Origin: Moniliella sp. 'wahieum'
Lineage: Eukaryota
DNA length: 64,000 bases
Assembly: GCA_003971905.1 (NCBI GenBank)
Contig: RSEE01000011.1
Coordinates: 682,001 to 746,000, forward strand
Direction: 5' to 3'
This document shows, piece by piece, positions 14,253-25,722 of this stretch (the stretch's first letter is position 1; every line of letters starts with the position of its first letter). Made by a program: the position numbers and the translations under genes. Under the pieces are notes generated by a model. The model was not told the origin of the DNA and searched no databases. It saw only the letters and a program-made list of their open reading frames with translations.

Positions 14253-16131
14253 ATGGCCGACGCTGCTGTCTGCCCGCCGCGCCCGCCTCGCCCTCGGGCG
14301 CCGACGAGGCCGATGAGGACGACATGCCCGACTACTCTACCCTGGAAGCGCTGCTGGACGCGCGCGCTGGTACGGCAGGTGCTTCAGCAACTGCCAAGGC
14401 GGCTGCCGGCTGCCGACACGGCCGCCGCTGCCTTCTGCCCAAACGCGGCGAAAAGGATTTTGAACCGACGGGGTTTGCTGGTCAAGCTAAGGCACTCGCA
14501 CGCTCACGCGCTACCATGTACCGTGCCATTTCGGGCCAGCGTGTCGCCGTCGCACGTACCCTCGGCCACGCCGTTCTCGACCCCGTCTCGCGCTGCGCAA
14601 CTCTCACTGTTACTCGGCGCAGGGTGTTCGAGCAGACGGGTATCACTGTACGTGTTGGCCTCCGCACATGCCCCACTCGCCTGTGCCTTTGTCCCAACCG
14701 GCTGAGAAAGGCGAGAAAGGGGAGACAAGGGAGCCAGGCGCGACCCGCAACACACCTAGCTTGACTCGTCTCTTCCCGGAAGAAACGCTGTATCTACTGG
14801 AACGGGGTCACTTATCTGTCATCTACCTGTACCTTCCCTCACTGCTCCAGGCGGGTCACAGGAACTGGCCCCACTCAGCATTGAGCAAGCTACCGCCCTC
14901 CTCCTTGCGCCTACGGGGACTGAAGGGCACACCGCCCCCACGGGGAACTATGCATGCACCCGCGAACAGTACCATGTCTACGTCTACCTCAAGCGGCTTG
15001 GGTACATTGTCCAACGAGCCGATGTGGTGGACGAGCTGCGTGCCTCGGCTGCTGCTGCACGTGCTCGGCAGCCTGCACAGGCCGGCGGGGGGGGAAGCCT
15101 ACCTTTGTCAGAGGTAGCTACGACTCCCTCGTCTTCGTCTTGTCTTTGTCTCTGTGGGGCAAAAAGGTTGTGTGGGTCCTGGCTTCCCCCTTGCTCTTCC
15201 TCGGTCGAGGGGTACAGTGGACCGCCCAGGTCTTGGGCCACGCTATCGCGCTCCCAATTCACGGTGCTTCGTACCTGATCCATCGTGTTGTCAGGGGCGT
15301 TGCGGCGCTACCGACGCAAGCACGGCGCAGGGGATGCGGAGTACTGCGTCTTGGTTTACACGGTGCCTCTCCCACGTCGTACAGTTCGTCTTGCTTCCTC
15401 CTCCTCCTACTCTACTCTCTTACCCTTCTACCTTGTTTTTTTTTTCCCTGTTTTTCCTGTTTTTCTGGCTTTTTTTTGTTTCCTGTGCTAACTGCCCCTC
15501 CCTCTGCTCAGACGAAGCGTTTGCCGCACTACAATTCATCCCTACCTACACCCCGCCACCCCCCCGCCGCCACAGGACCTCCAACCGTTCTTCTACGCCT
15601 GGCGTCCTGCTACGTCGTACAAACGCACCGACCCACCGCCGCCCGAGTTCCGCATCGCTATCATCAACGCTGCCGAACGGGACATGCTCAGTTTACCCGA
15701 CTTTGCTCAGATGTTCGAGCAGGTACCTCTACCACCTACCGATGGCGAAGATAAGCTCCGCGCCGACGCTGTGGGCTTACAAAACCGTTCGGCCTATGGT
15801 CGTCATGCAGCTTGGGCCGCAGCACGCGCAAAAGCTCTCCAACAAGGTCTCCCTCCGCCAGAGGAACCGTTCCGTCGACCTGCACCTACCGCTCTCTTCT
15901 CCCCCTCGTCCGTCTTGGTGGACCTTCTTTTTGCCTTGGTTCGTATCCGCTCGCAAGGACGGCCAAGCTCAAGCTCATGGCCCGGCACCACGGCCCCGCC
16001 CACCCAATCCTTTCCCACCCCTCAAGTCCGGTCGGCGCAATATGGTCGTGGCCGTCGTGGATGAGGGCACTACGTCTATCTTCCGGTTTGGACAGAGCGA
16101 CTTTGTTGGTCATAAGTTGGCTGGGGTGTGA
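14253..16131 (+). CDS. SEN54: tRNA-splicing endonuclease subunit Sen54 (frameshifted; probable intron ~15378-15510)
   Basis: 'LPKRGEKDFEP...ALARSRATMYRAI', 'LFPEETLYLLERG', 'YVYLKRLGYIV' and C-terminal 'VAVVDEGTTSIFRF'. Confidence 0.85.
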
Positions 16132-16905
16132 AGTGATCGATGCGAGTCGGAGTGGGAGTGGGAGTGGGAGTGGGATGGGGATCGGGTGGTGGATCGCGTA
16201 GTGGATCGCGTGTCCTTTCTCGCTTTTTTTGTCGTTTATCGTTTGGTGCACCAAGGAATGCAACTATGGAAGACGATGAGGATACGTAGCAAGGGTGTGG
16301 GGCGACACGTATATAGGTGTATCACGTAGACCGTGTTCCCGCTGTGGGGGAAAAGGTCTACTGAGGATACGTGAACAGGGCGAACGTGGAACGATGGCTT
16401 GGTGGACAGACGAGAAACGGGTAGAAATGGATAAAAATGGGAATGGAAATGGAAATGGAAATGGATCACAATACCCAGAACGAGAAAGCCAGATAGTACA
16501 CAAAGTAAGAAAACTTGAGACTTGAGGACTTGAGACTTGAGGCTTGCAGCCTTACACTACACGTCGAAAAACTTGACGCGAAGCAACCATCTATCCACCA
16601 ACATATCCAAAACGTATAGTTGTGGATACTTGATTGCAGTTCGCTGAACGCACCCCATCTACTCGACTCCCCCACACAGCGACCAACACAAATACAAATA
16701 CAACCATCACAACCACACCTCGCACCCCGCACCTCGCACCTCGCACCTCGCACCTCCCCGCCCTTACGGGGGAGACAGCTCTGCCTAACCATCATACCAG
16801 CCCACCAAAAAGAGGCGTAGTATGCACCCCAGCCTCGACACGTGCTACTCCCTCCCCCAAATTCGCCATCCGTCACGCGTTATGAGTGAGGTCAACGCTC
16901 GTCCT

Positions 16906-19178
16906 TCAATGTTGGCCAATAAGGAGTTCACCTGCTGCCGACTGGTCGGGCTTGAGCTTGCAGTTGGACTGGGAGTTGGGCCTGTACTTGTGCTTGTGCT
17001 TGTGCTTGGGCTTGTGCTTGTGCTTGTGCTTGGGATTGCGGTTGGGCTGGCGGTAGGGATTGCGGTTGCTGCTGCTGTACCTGCTACCTGCCCCTGGAAT
17101 GCGTAGAAGCGTGGTCAGTTGCGCTGCACCCAGAGATACTAGAAAGGAATCGTGCTCACCAAAGAATGGGTCAAGTAGGTGGAGGGGGTCGAGGGGGGCA
17201 CATGGGTCAAATGGGTCGGGTAAGAAGTCCACCGATTAGTTGTAGTTGTAGTTGTAGTAGCTCGGGAATTTACACTTTGATGGGCACCGTTGGGCGAGGT
17301 AGGACGCATCCTTCCGGGCGCAACGGGTGAACCTGGAGGCACGGGAGGTGAGCCGTGGGAGGGGGGTAAGGTACGCGTACGCGTGCGCGTGCGCGTGTGC
17401 GTGGGAGTGCCCGTGTGTATGTGCGGGAGTATGTGTGCGACGAGAAGAGGGGTCGGTTATTGGTTCACGTACCGGTCCCATGTAGTTGGCGTACGTATTG
17501 GAACCAGTGATGTTTGCGGAGTTATTATTATTGGGTGGGGTGGTGCTCGTACCGCTTAGTCCTGTTGCTATGGGTACCGGTACCGGTTCGACCCGCCTTC
17601 GTTTTGGTTGGGAAGCAGGGCGGGCGGTGGTGTTGGTGTGGTAGTACGCCCTTGCTTCCGTGGCGTAGGGCTTGGTCATAGCTCGACTCGCGTTTGGTAG
17701 ATGAGCTAACGTGCTGGTCCCACTGGGGACACGCGTAGACTGTTGTGGTGCGCTGGTCCGCTTGGCTTCGTCCTGCTTGGCTTGAGCTTGGAGCGCCAAG
17801 TTGTCAGGATCAGGATCTGGGTACTCGCTCGGGTCCACATGGACCGGCCAGCCGTTCGGCGGATTGGAAAACCGTTCGTCCTCGTCAACCCGTCGTAACT
17901 GTCCGTCTTGCAAGTCCCGTTTGTGGTAGTAGGAAATGACGTGCAACTTGCGTCCCGAGGTGGTGGTGATGGTGAACGATTGCTTGATCAAGCCATCGAC
18001 TTTATATTCGTTCTGGGTAGGGCAGCCTACCGCCCCATTCCGACTGGGCAAAAGAGCAAACCAATAAACCTATAGGTCAGCGCACTGGTACCAACATGCG
18101 AAAAGTTAAAGGGGAGAAGAGGGTCCATCAGGGTGGAAGCTAAGGGGAGGGAGGAAGGACATACTGCTTGCGCACAAGAAGTTCACGGTACGTCAAGAAC
18201 CCACCATTCACACGACTCGCAGACCAGACCCGTCCATCGGTCCAACGACGAATACCAGTCTCCGCCTCGTCCCAGGCAAACACGTTGCCTGAAAAACCAA
18301 TGCCGCACGTTCCGATTCGAGCAGGCGACGTGGGATCCGACGTGGTGGATGGTTCGGCGTGCCCTTGGGAAGGTCACATGCAGCAAGCAACTTGATCGCC
18401 TCGCTGGTGGTACGAATTAGACCGACATACGTTGGTTGCTGGCGTAAATGCGATAGGTGGAAATGGAAATGGGCTTGTTCCGAGGTAAGAAGAGCTGTAG
18501 AGGCTTGGCCCGACCCGGACCCAGCCACGGATGCAGACACGGACACAGGCGGCGGCACAGTGGGAAACCGCAGCGCAGCTGACGCGTCATCGAGGGGGAG
18601 ACAGGAGGTGGCTGAGTTGACTTGCGGAGTGCTGCTCAGCCGGGTGCGGTAGGGCGCAAGGGGCGCAAAGGACATCTCGGGCACACTGTACCCGCGGTCG
18701 CGCGGGGGGAAGGGGACGGGGTAGTAGCCGCCCGGGTGCGGGGCGGGGGTGAAAAGGGAGAGGCGGGCTCGGCCAACAAGGGGGGAGCCGTGTCGGGGGG
18801 CGGGCGGGCGACAAAGGGGTCGGACATGGGGCGGGGGCCGGCGGACGCAGTGAGGGATGGCAGCGAGTAGAGCTCGGGGTAGTAGGACGACGGACCGGCG
18901 GCGGCGGGGGGGTAGGCGTAGTTGCTGCCAGGGTAGGCGGGCGGGCGCATGGGCAGACACGACGAGGGTGCGGGGGCAGAGCGGAGAGGGTAGTAGCCGT
19001 CCATCTCGGCTGACGAGGGGGTGGGCGGAGGGATGGGCGTGGGTGTCGTCGGGCTGGTGCGGGAGGCTGGTGAGCGGGGCCGGGCGTAGGCGCGGGGGGC
19101 GGCGGAGGGGGGGCGTGCGTCGGGGGGGACGGATGCTGGGCAAGGACGAGGAGGAGAGGAGGGAGGGGAGTAGGCCAT
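16906..19178 (-). CDS. Gti1/Pac2 (WOPR) family transcription factor
   Basis: WOPRa 'PTYVGLIRTTSEAIKLLAAC...IPRRLLESER...GNVFAWDEAETGIRRWTDG...GGFLTYRE' and WOPRb 'YKVDGLIKQSFTIT...KLHVISYY', with an intron between them. Ends are approximate. Confidence 0.85.
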
Positions 19179-19743
19179 GCGGGGGGGGGGGGCGAACAGA
19201 CGGGGGGGGGGGGGGGTAGAGATGCGGCGGCAAAAGACGGTGGTGTTTATAGTACTCGCAACACAGCCGAGCACACCCTGTCAGTCTCTGCGGTGAGGGG
19301 GCCAGTGCGGCGGTGCGGCGGCAGGACTTGGCCCTGGCAGGGCTCGGCATGGATCGGTGTTTATACGATAAAGCAGCGCGGGGGGTTGCGGGCGGCAGGG
19401 GGCCGCAGCGGGCTTGGACGACGGACAGCACAGTGGCAGCACGCCAGGTCTACGGCCCCAGGGTGCTCAACCCACATTGACGCGTCCTGGCGCCCCGCCT
19501 GCGGTTGGCCGTGGTGTGTGCGTTTGGTACGGACGAGACGCAGGGACGATGGATGATGGATGCTCGATGCTTCATACCTTCATTCTGCCGTGCGCTCCCC
19601 GATGCCACGCCTCCGACTCCGACTAGACCCCAGCCGCCCGTCCCTGGCCCAGGCCCAGGCACCGTGAGCTCAGATGGCGATGGGAGAGACCCCGTTACCC
19701 ATTGCCCGTTGCTTTAACCGCGTTCGCGTTTTAAATTTTGCCA

Positions 19744-19956
19744 TGTTGACATCCGTCCTAGGACCGCGCGGACCCTGAGTCACGTGAGTCAGCTTTCATT
19801 CCTTCCGAGCTCGCACCAGTCTTCTGGACGAGTCAGTCGCAGAAGCTTCTTAGTCCAATACGACGTTCAGTGCTCACATTCTGTGGTAGTAGCGAGAGCT
19901 TCTTAGTCCAATACGACGTTCAGTGCTCACATTCTGTGGTAGTAGCGAGGCCGACA
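19744..19956 (+). repeat. 5' LTR (213 bp, includes 53-bp tandem duplication)
   Basis: By eye identical to the 3' LTR except for a second copy of 19844-19896 at 19897-19949. Confidence 0.95.
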
Positions 19957-20010
19957 GAGTTACATCCTTATCTGCTCATCCCTGAGCTGGCCAAAACTAC
20001 ACCCACAACC

Positions 20011-23000
20011 ATGGGCGCCAACGCTAACACCGATCTCTCGGTCAGCGACACCACAATGGTGAACAAGCGCGATTACTGGACACCAACCGGTCGCGATCCG
20101 CCACCGATTGGCACCGACAACGAGGAACTCATGATGCTTTGCGCCGAAGCGCACCTGTGGTTCAAGAAGACGAACGACATCGATGTCGTTAAAGAGAAGA
20201 TCAACAGAGCTATACACGACAGAGCCGAGTGGCTTGGATGGAAGGACGAACCTACGTCTATCACGACAAACTGGGTTCGACGGGCTACGAATTTTGTGGT
20301 GCAAAACATCCACCAAATGGAAACTCAACCCAACGCAACTTTGGGGGCACCTACAGGCGCAGCCTCGCGACCCGAGTACGACCTTACAGATCACTACCGA
20401 GTCTCCCACCAAGAATATCAAGTGGCCTGATCTGAACAAAGACCCGTCGCCTACAGCGCTTGGGAAGACGAATTTCTCTTCGCGATAACAGATGCCCACC
20501 CCCACGCAAGCGACGTCGTCCAGAATGGTCGCAGCTCCCGCTACTTCACCGAGGACCTCGACAGACGCTTGCACAACCTTCTTAGGGAAGCCATGCCGTC
20601 AACCCTCTTCCGGACGATCCGCACCCACCACGAAATATCATGCACCCAGGACACGCTGAACATGCTGCGTCAGCGGTATGGATATACGCCTACCGCAAAC
20701 AGAGGGCCTCTACTCATCGCTACTTTTCGGCCCGACCAAGGAAACCGATCGGGTCGAGACTACCTCGACTACATGGAAGAGATCAGTGCAAGCCTGACGC
20801 GAGCGGGCATCCCACTTACGGAAGAGCAGGAACGCACTGGGATCCTACTCGGCTTACGCGACTGAGCATTCGCCCAGCGTGAAGAGCGCTCGAGTCTAGA
20901 CAAGTTACGGCAGGCCGTGATGGACATACCAGCCGCCACGTATCCCGGTGGAGAAAGGAGAGAAACGGAGGCAAGCCGGTCAACGGAGGAACGCCTTGGA
21001 CTCGACCCGACAGCGGGGGACGACCCACCAGCGGGGGAAAAAAAACTCCAGCGGGGGCAAAGCCGGCGACGACAACCTCGCGGACACAAAGACCAAGGGG
21101 CAAGACCGCACCGCACCAACCAACCCTGGCGCAGCGCGACGTCTAATAACCTGTTGTCCCTCCGCGCAACCCAGGCCGAGCCAACGCTCACGTCGCTCAG
21201 AGAGCGAGCTCTCCCGAGTCTGAGTGATTGACGTTGATGGGGCACAGCTGACTACTAGGAACTCGGGGGCGAAATGCGAATCATCCGGGCATTATATGAC
21301 AGTGGGGCATTCCCATCCATTTGGAAAGACAAATCCGTCTTCAATCCATGACCCCTTGCGACGACGAGATAGAGGTTGCTAACGGGACACATGTAAAGGC
21401 GGAAGGACGAGGCACGGCCACAATCCGTATCCGATGCTTAGGAGGACACCAAATGGAGATAAAACTCCCAACAGCCTATACATGCCCCGTTTCAGCCGAA
21501 ATCTCGTCAGTGTAGCACACCTGTCGAACACCGGAATCGCATCATACTTCGCCCCACACCAGAAGGGTATCTGGCTTGGTAACCAGGATCCACCCTACGA
21601 AAAGTAACCGGCAGTGACTATCAATTCACGATCTTACACAACCCGCGAACGCCACCCACACCCCTGCGGGCCATGGCGACCAAACGATCAAACCGGCCGA
21701 CCCACCCTCAACCCCAAACTCCCTCGCAGCATCCCTGCCCTGGACCACGTCTCTAAAGCCCACAAACGCTGGAACCACGCAGCCATCGACCTCCTCCCCT
21801 GGCTTACACGATCGGAAACGCAGGCCTCCGCGTCACAGCCAAGCATATCCCTCTGTCGTTCAGAGTGGGATTGCCCAACATGCGCGGTGGCACTAGCGAC
21901 AGCATCGCCCCATCCGAGCCGGGACCGCCTCCGATCCAAAAGACCTTTCGAGGTCCTCCACGTCGACGTAGTAGACCTCCCCCGGGTAACCGGCATGGGG
22001 CACGGATACGCCCTCGTCGCCGTTGATGACTTCACGCGGTACGTCTTCACCACAGCGATCCCGACAAAGGGCGCTGCAACGAAGGAACTGCGGAACCTCA
22101 TATTGCGGGAGCAACGCTACGGCCCGGACAGACTGCTGCGGACTTTGCGCACGGACAACGCCCCCGAATTGACAAGCGCACTGCAACCTTTTCTGGACGA
22201 GCAAGGCATCACGTCAGAACGGACAATCCCGGGGCAGAGTGCTAGCAACGGTGTGGCTGAGCGTGCCATCCGAACATAACGACTCGTGCAAGGCAGTTGC
22301 TCTTGGGTACAGGTCTTCCGACGTCGGACTGGTGGGAACACAGCCTCCACGCTGCGTGCTTCACCCAAAACCAAATGCCACTCAAAACATCCGGGGAAGA
22401 CAACAAATCGCGATTTGAGCGATACAAAGGCACGCATACTCGTTACCGATGCAACCCTTTGGCCGCGTTGCATACCTCCATCTGCCCGAGTCACGCCGCG
22501 AGCACAAGCTCAGCGCGCGGGCAGAGGAAGGATGCTGGTAGGATACCACCATCAGCGCGGATCAAAGGGATGGCTCTTCGCCACATACCAACCATCCTGG
22601 GTACCTTCACTACCGCTGGTCGAAACCGTACAAATGGGGCAACGCCATCTACCCCATCTCCCACCCCGACCACTTCCACACCCGACATCTCCAAATCACC
22701 TCAAATTAAAATCGACAGTGAAAAAGACGCTAACCCTACTCCGCCAGCCGCGGCAGCACCCATGCCCCGAACCGCCGCCACACCCCAGACACCCGCTCCC
22801 ACCACCACCCCCCCTCCGCGCCGCTACCCCCTCCGCCAGCGCACCACCCGCACCTCCCTCGACCTGCACACACTCCCAATCGCTGACGACCCCACCGACA
22901 CGACCTACCATGCTCGTGCTGCAGCCGCCACGCCCCACTGCGCCGCACCAGAGATCGGCATCGCCCGCCCCCTACCTGACACATCCGCCCCCCCGTTTGC

Positions 23001-24690
23001 CGACACAGTTCAACCTCCCGAATACGCCGCCATGACTGCTCTCAGCGCACCCATCCACCCGGACACGGTTCAGCTCACCAAGGATGGCGTACCCCTCGCT
23101 CCCAAGACGCTCAAGGGTCTCGAGACTCACCCCTCCTTTGCCATGGTCAAGCAGGCTATGGCCGACGAGGTGGCCACACTCGCGCGATACGGCACCTACG
23201 AGGCTACGTACCCACCACCGGGTGCACAAATCCTCATAGGACTATGGCGCATCACCACAAAGACGGACGCCGAGGGCCGGTTCCTGCGCCACCGCGCGCG
23301 CTTTGTCGCGGGCGGACACCAACAATCGGCCGAGACTTGGGGCCAGACGTTCGCACCATCGGTGCGCACACCTGCCATCCTGACCCTCGTCGTGCTGGCC
23401 GAGAAGTATAAGTTTGGCCTCTTCTCGGCGGACGTCAATGCAGCGTACCTGAACGCCCCCCTCGAAGAAGCAGTCTACATCCGCCCACCCCCCTACTTCC
23501 CCGAAGCGGGTGGTCGCGTGTGGCGTCTCAAGAAGAGTCTATACGGGCTACATCAGAGCGGAGCAAACTGGGCACGATACATCCGGAACCTGCTGCGTGA
23601 CAAGCTCGGCTTCACGCAAAGCTTGACCGAGCCCTGCTTGTTCGTGCGCGCTGCACCACCGGGTGAGCAGATCCTCCTGGCGGTCCACACCGACGATCTG
23701 CTCCTCGCATGCAAGTCACACCAAAAGTACGAGGAGTTTATGGCCGAGATAAACACACACATTGATGTTCGTGGTAACGGTCCCCTTCACTACCACCTGG
23801 GATGCCAATACGATCGGATCGGTGGGGAGCTGTACCTGAGCCAACCAAAGTTCATCGAGGAAGTGGTGGCAAAGCACCACATCAAAGCCCCGTGGATCCG
23901 GACTCTCCCACATCCCGTACGGATGATACCGCCCCGTGCCGACCCTGAACCCCCATCCCTCCCAGCCTTGCGCAAGGCATATCAGGGGAAGATCGGATCG
24001 GGACTGTGGGCTGCACGAATGGGCCGGCCTGACTCCCTCTTCGCTATCACGGCCCTCAGCAGAGCCGCTGCCGACCCATCGCAGCAGCATCATCAAGCAG
24101 TCGATGACTTCCTTCGCTACCTGTACCATACTCGAGGAAAGGGCCTGAGGTTGACCCCAACATCAGATGCACCGGCCATTGCGCTGTATACAGATTCCGA
24201 CTTGGCGGGAGATCCCATCCAGGCACGCTCCACATCTGGATGCCTACTGATGGTGTACGGTGTGCCGGTGTCGTGGCGATCCATTCTTCAGCCGAAGAGC
24301 GTTACCAGTACCGCCGCCGCCGAATATACGGCAGGATATGATGGACTGGTTGACGCCAACTATGTCAAGAACATCATGATCGAGCTTGGGGCCATCGGCG
24401 AGGGTACACCCATTCATTGGTATTGCGACAATAAGTCTGTCGTCGATCTCGCCCACAAATTTGGCAGCACCGGCAAGCTCCGAGAGCTGAAGATCCGGTA
24501 CCACAATGTACGGCAACACGTGGACTCGGGCGAGGCCATACTTGTACACATCCCCGGCGAAAGGAACCCAGCGGACGTCCTCACCAAGCCTCTCGGCCGT
24601 CCCGCCCTGACAAGCCATCTTGCTCAACTCCGCGTCGAGGAGATGGATCCAGTCCACATGACTGGGCCCTCCGGTCAGCGGGGGTGTTGA
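20011..24690 (+). CDS. Gag-Pol polyprotein of the copia element (several frameshifts)
   Basis: Protease 'LYDSGA' (~21295). Integrase HHCC 'HKRWNH...CPTC' and DDE 'HVDVV...VDDF...DNAPE...NGVAER'. RT 'DVNAAYLNA', 'LKKSLYGLHQSG', 'VHTDDLL'. RNase H 'YTDSD','AEY','YCDN','ADVLTKPL'. The stop codon lies inside the 3' LTR. Confidence 0.93.
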
Positions 24691-24844
24691 CATCCGTCCT
24701 AGGACCGCGCGGACCCTGAGTCACGTGAGTCAGCTTTCATTCCTTCCGAGCTCGCACCAGTCTTCTGGACGAGTCAGTCGCAGAAGCTTCTTAGTCCAAT
24801 ACGACGTTCAGTGCTCACATTCTGTGGTAGTAGCGAGGCCGACA
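24685..24844 (+). repeat. 3' LTR (160 bp)
   Basis: TGTTGACATCC...GGCCGACA, matching the 5' LTR. Confidence 0.95.
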
Positions 24845-25651
24845 TGCCACAACCCCCGACCGGGGGTACTGCACCAGCGCTGTTGCGGCTGGGCCTTGCG
24901 CCTTGCGCCAGGACACTTACGCGCTAAGCGTAAAAACCGAGGTTACTTGCCCTTTGTCACATGTCACCGATCAGCGCTCACACGTCATGACATTTTAGTA
25001 CTTAGCACCCGCACGTGCTCTCTCCTGCGCGCCGGCTGCCCTGACTATGACTGGACGCAGCTTTGAACTCTTGACGCGTGACGCGTGACGCTTGCCGCTG
25101 CGTTTAGAGCGTCCCAGGTCGGCAACCAGACAGTGCCCCCGCCTGTCCGTGCGTACATACCCCGCGTACCCAATCATAATCACCCTTTGGAATGCGCATC
25201 GATTCGATGGATCGATGCAGGATGGCCGAGGGATGCAGCATGGCGCCTCACCCGTCGATCGGCCCGATTGCATTCTCTCGCAGGTATAGTATTTTCGGTT
25301 GCCACACCAACCTCACATACCGTCGCCCTGTCACACACCAATACCTCTGCTACACGTACGCGGCGTTAAGCGATACGATACGTTTTTTTTTGCTTCCTCG
25401 TCCGCCTTACGCCTTCTCACCCCAGTCAGCTTATAGTACGCCTAGTCAGAGCTAGCAAGCCCTAATAAGCGCTAACGTTAACCGGACTAAGCGCCAAGCG
25501 CTAACCACTGATTAGCTTCCTCCCCGTCCAGCGGCAAGCATGCATGATGAGCTTGAGCAGTTGGCATTAAGCCCTGGTAGCCACAAGCGAGAGATACGCA
25601 CTAGGCAGCCATAGATACCCTTGGCCTGGTGCAAAAAAGAGATAAAACAAA

Positions 25652-25722
25652 TGGACGAACAGGAATTGAACCCCGGACCTCATGCATGCTAAGCAAGCGC
25701 TCTACCCCTGAGCTATCCGCCC
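25652..25722 (-). tRNA. tRNA-Ala (anticodon AGC)
   Basis: Reverse complement GGGCGGATAGCTCAGGGGTAGAGCGCTTGCTTAGCATGCATGAGGTCCGGGGTTCAATTCCTGTTCGTCCA forms a cloverleaf with the G3:U70 Ala identity pair and loop TTAGCAT. A T6 Pol III terminator lies at 25633-25638 on the minus strand. Confidence 0.9.

Larger units (their letters stand above)
19744..24844 (+). mobile_element. Full-length Ty1/copia LTR retrotransposon with 5-bp target-site duplication TGCCA
   Basis: TG...CA LTRs at 19744-19956 and 24685-24844. TGCCA at 19739-19743 and 24845-24849. Purine-rich AGCGGGGG immediately precedes the 3' LTR. Domain order gag-PR-INT-RT-RH. Confidence 0.97.

Noticed and set aside
16140..16760. Clusters of (GAGTGG)n, (GGAAAT)n and (CGCACCT)n repeats
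   Set aside because: Ordinary microsatellites between convergent genes, like many others in the window.
21218..21260. Three in-frame stops plus a CTGAC...TAG acceptor-like sequence between gag and protease, suggesting readthrough or splicing-controlled gag-pol expression
   Set aside because: Restoring three dropped G residues gives a continuous L-E-V-I-D-V-D-G-A-Q-L-T-T-R-E-L frame, which fits the assembly's error profile. No convincing in-frame donor was found.
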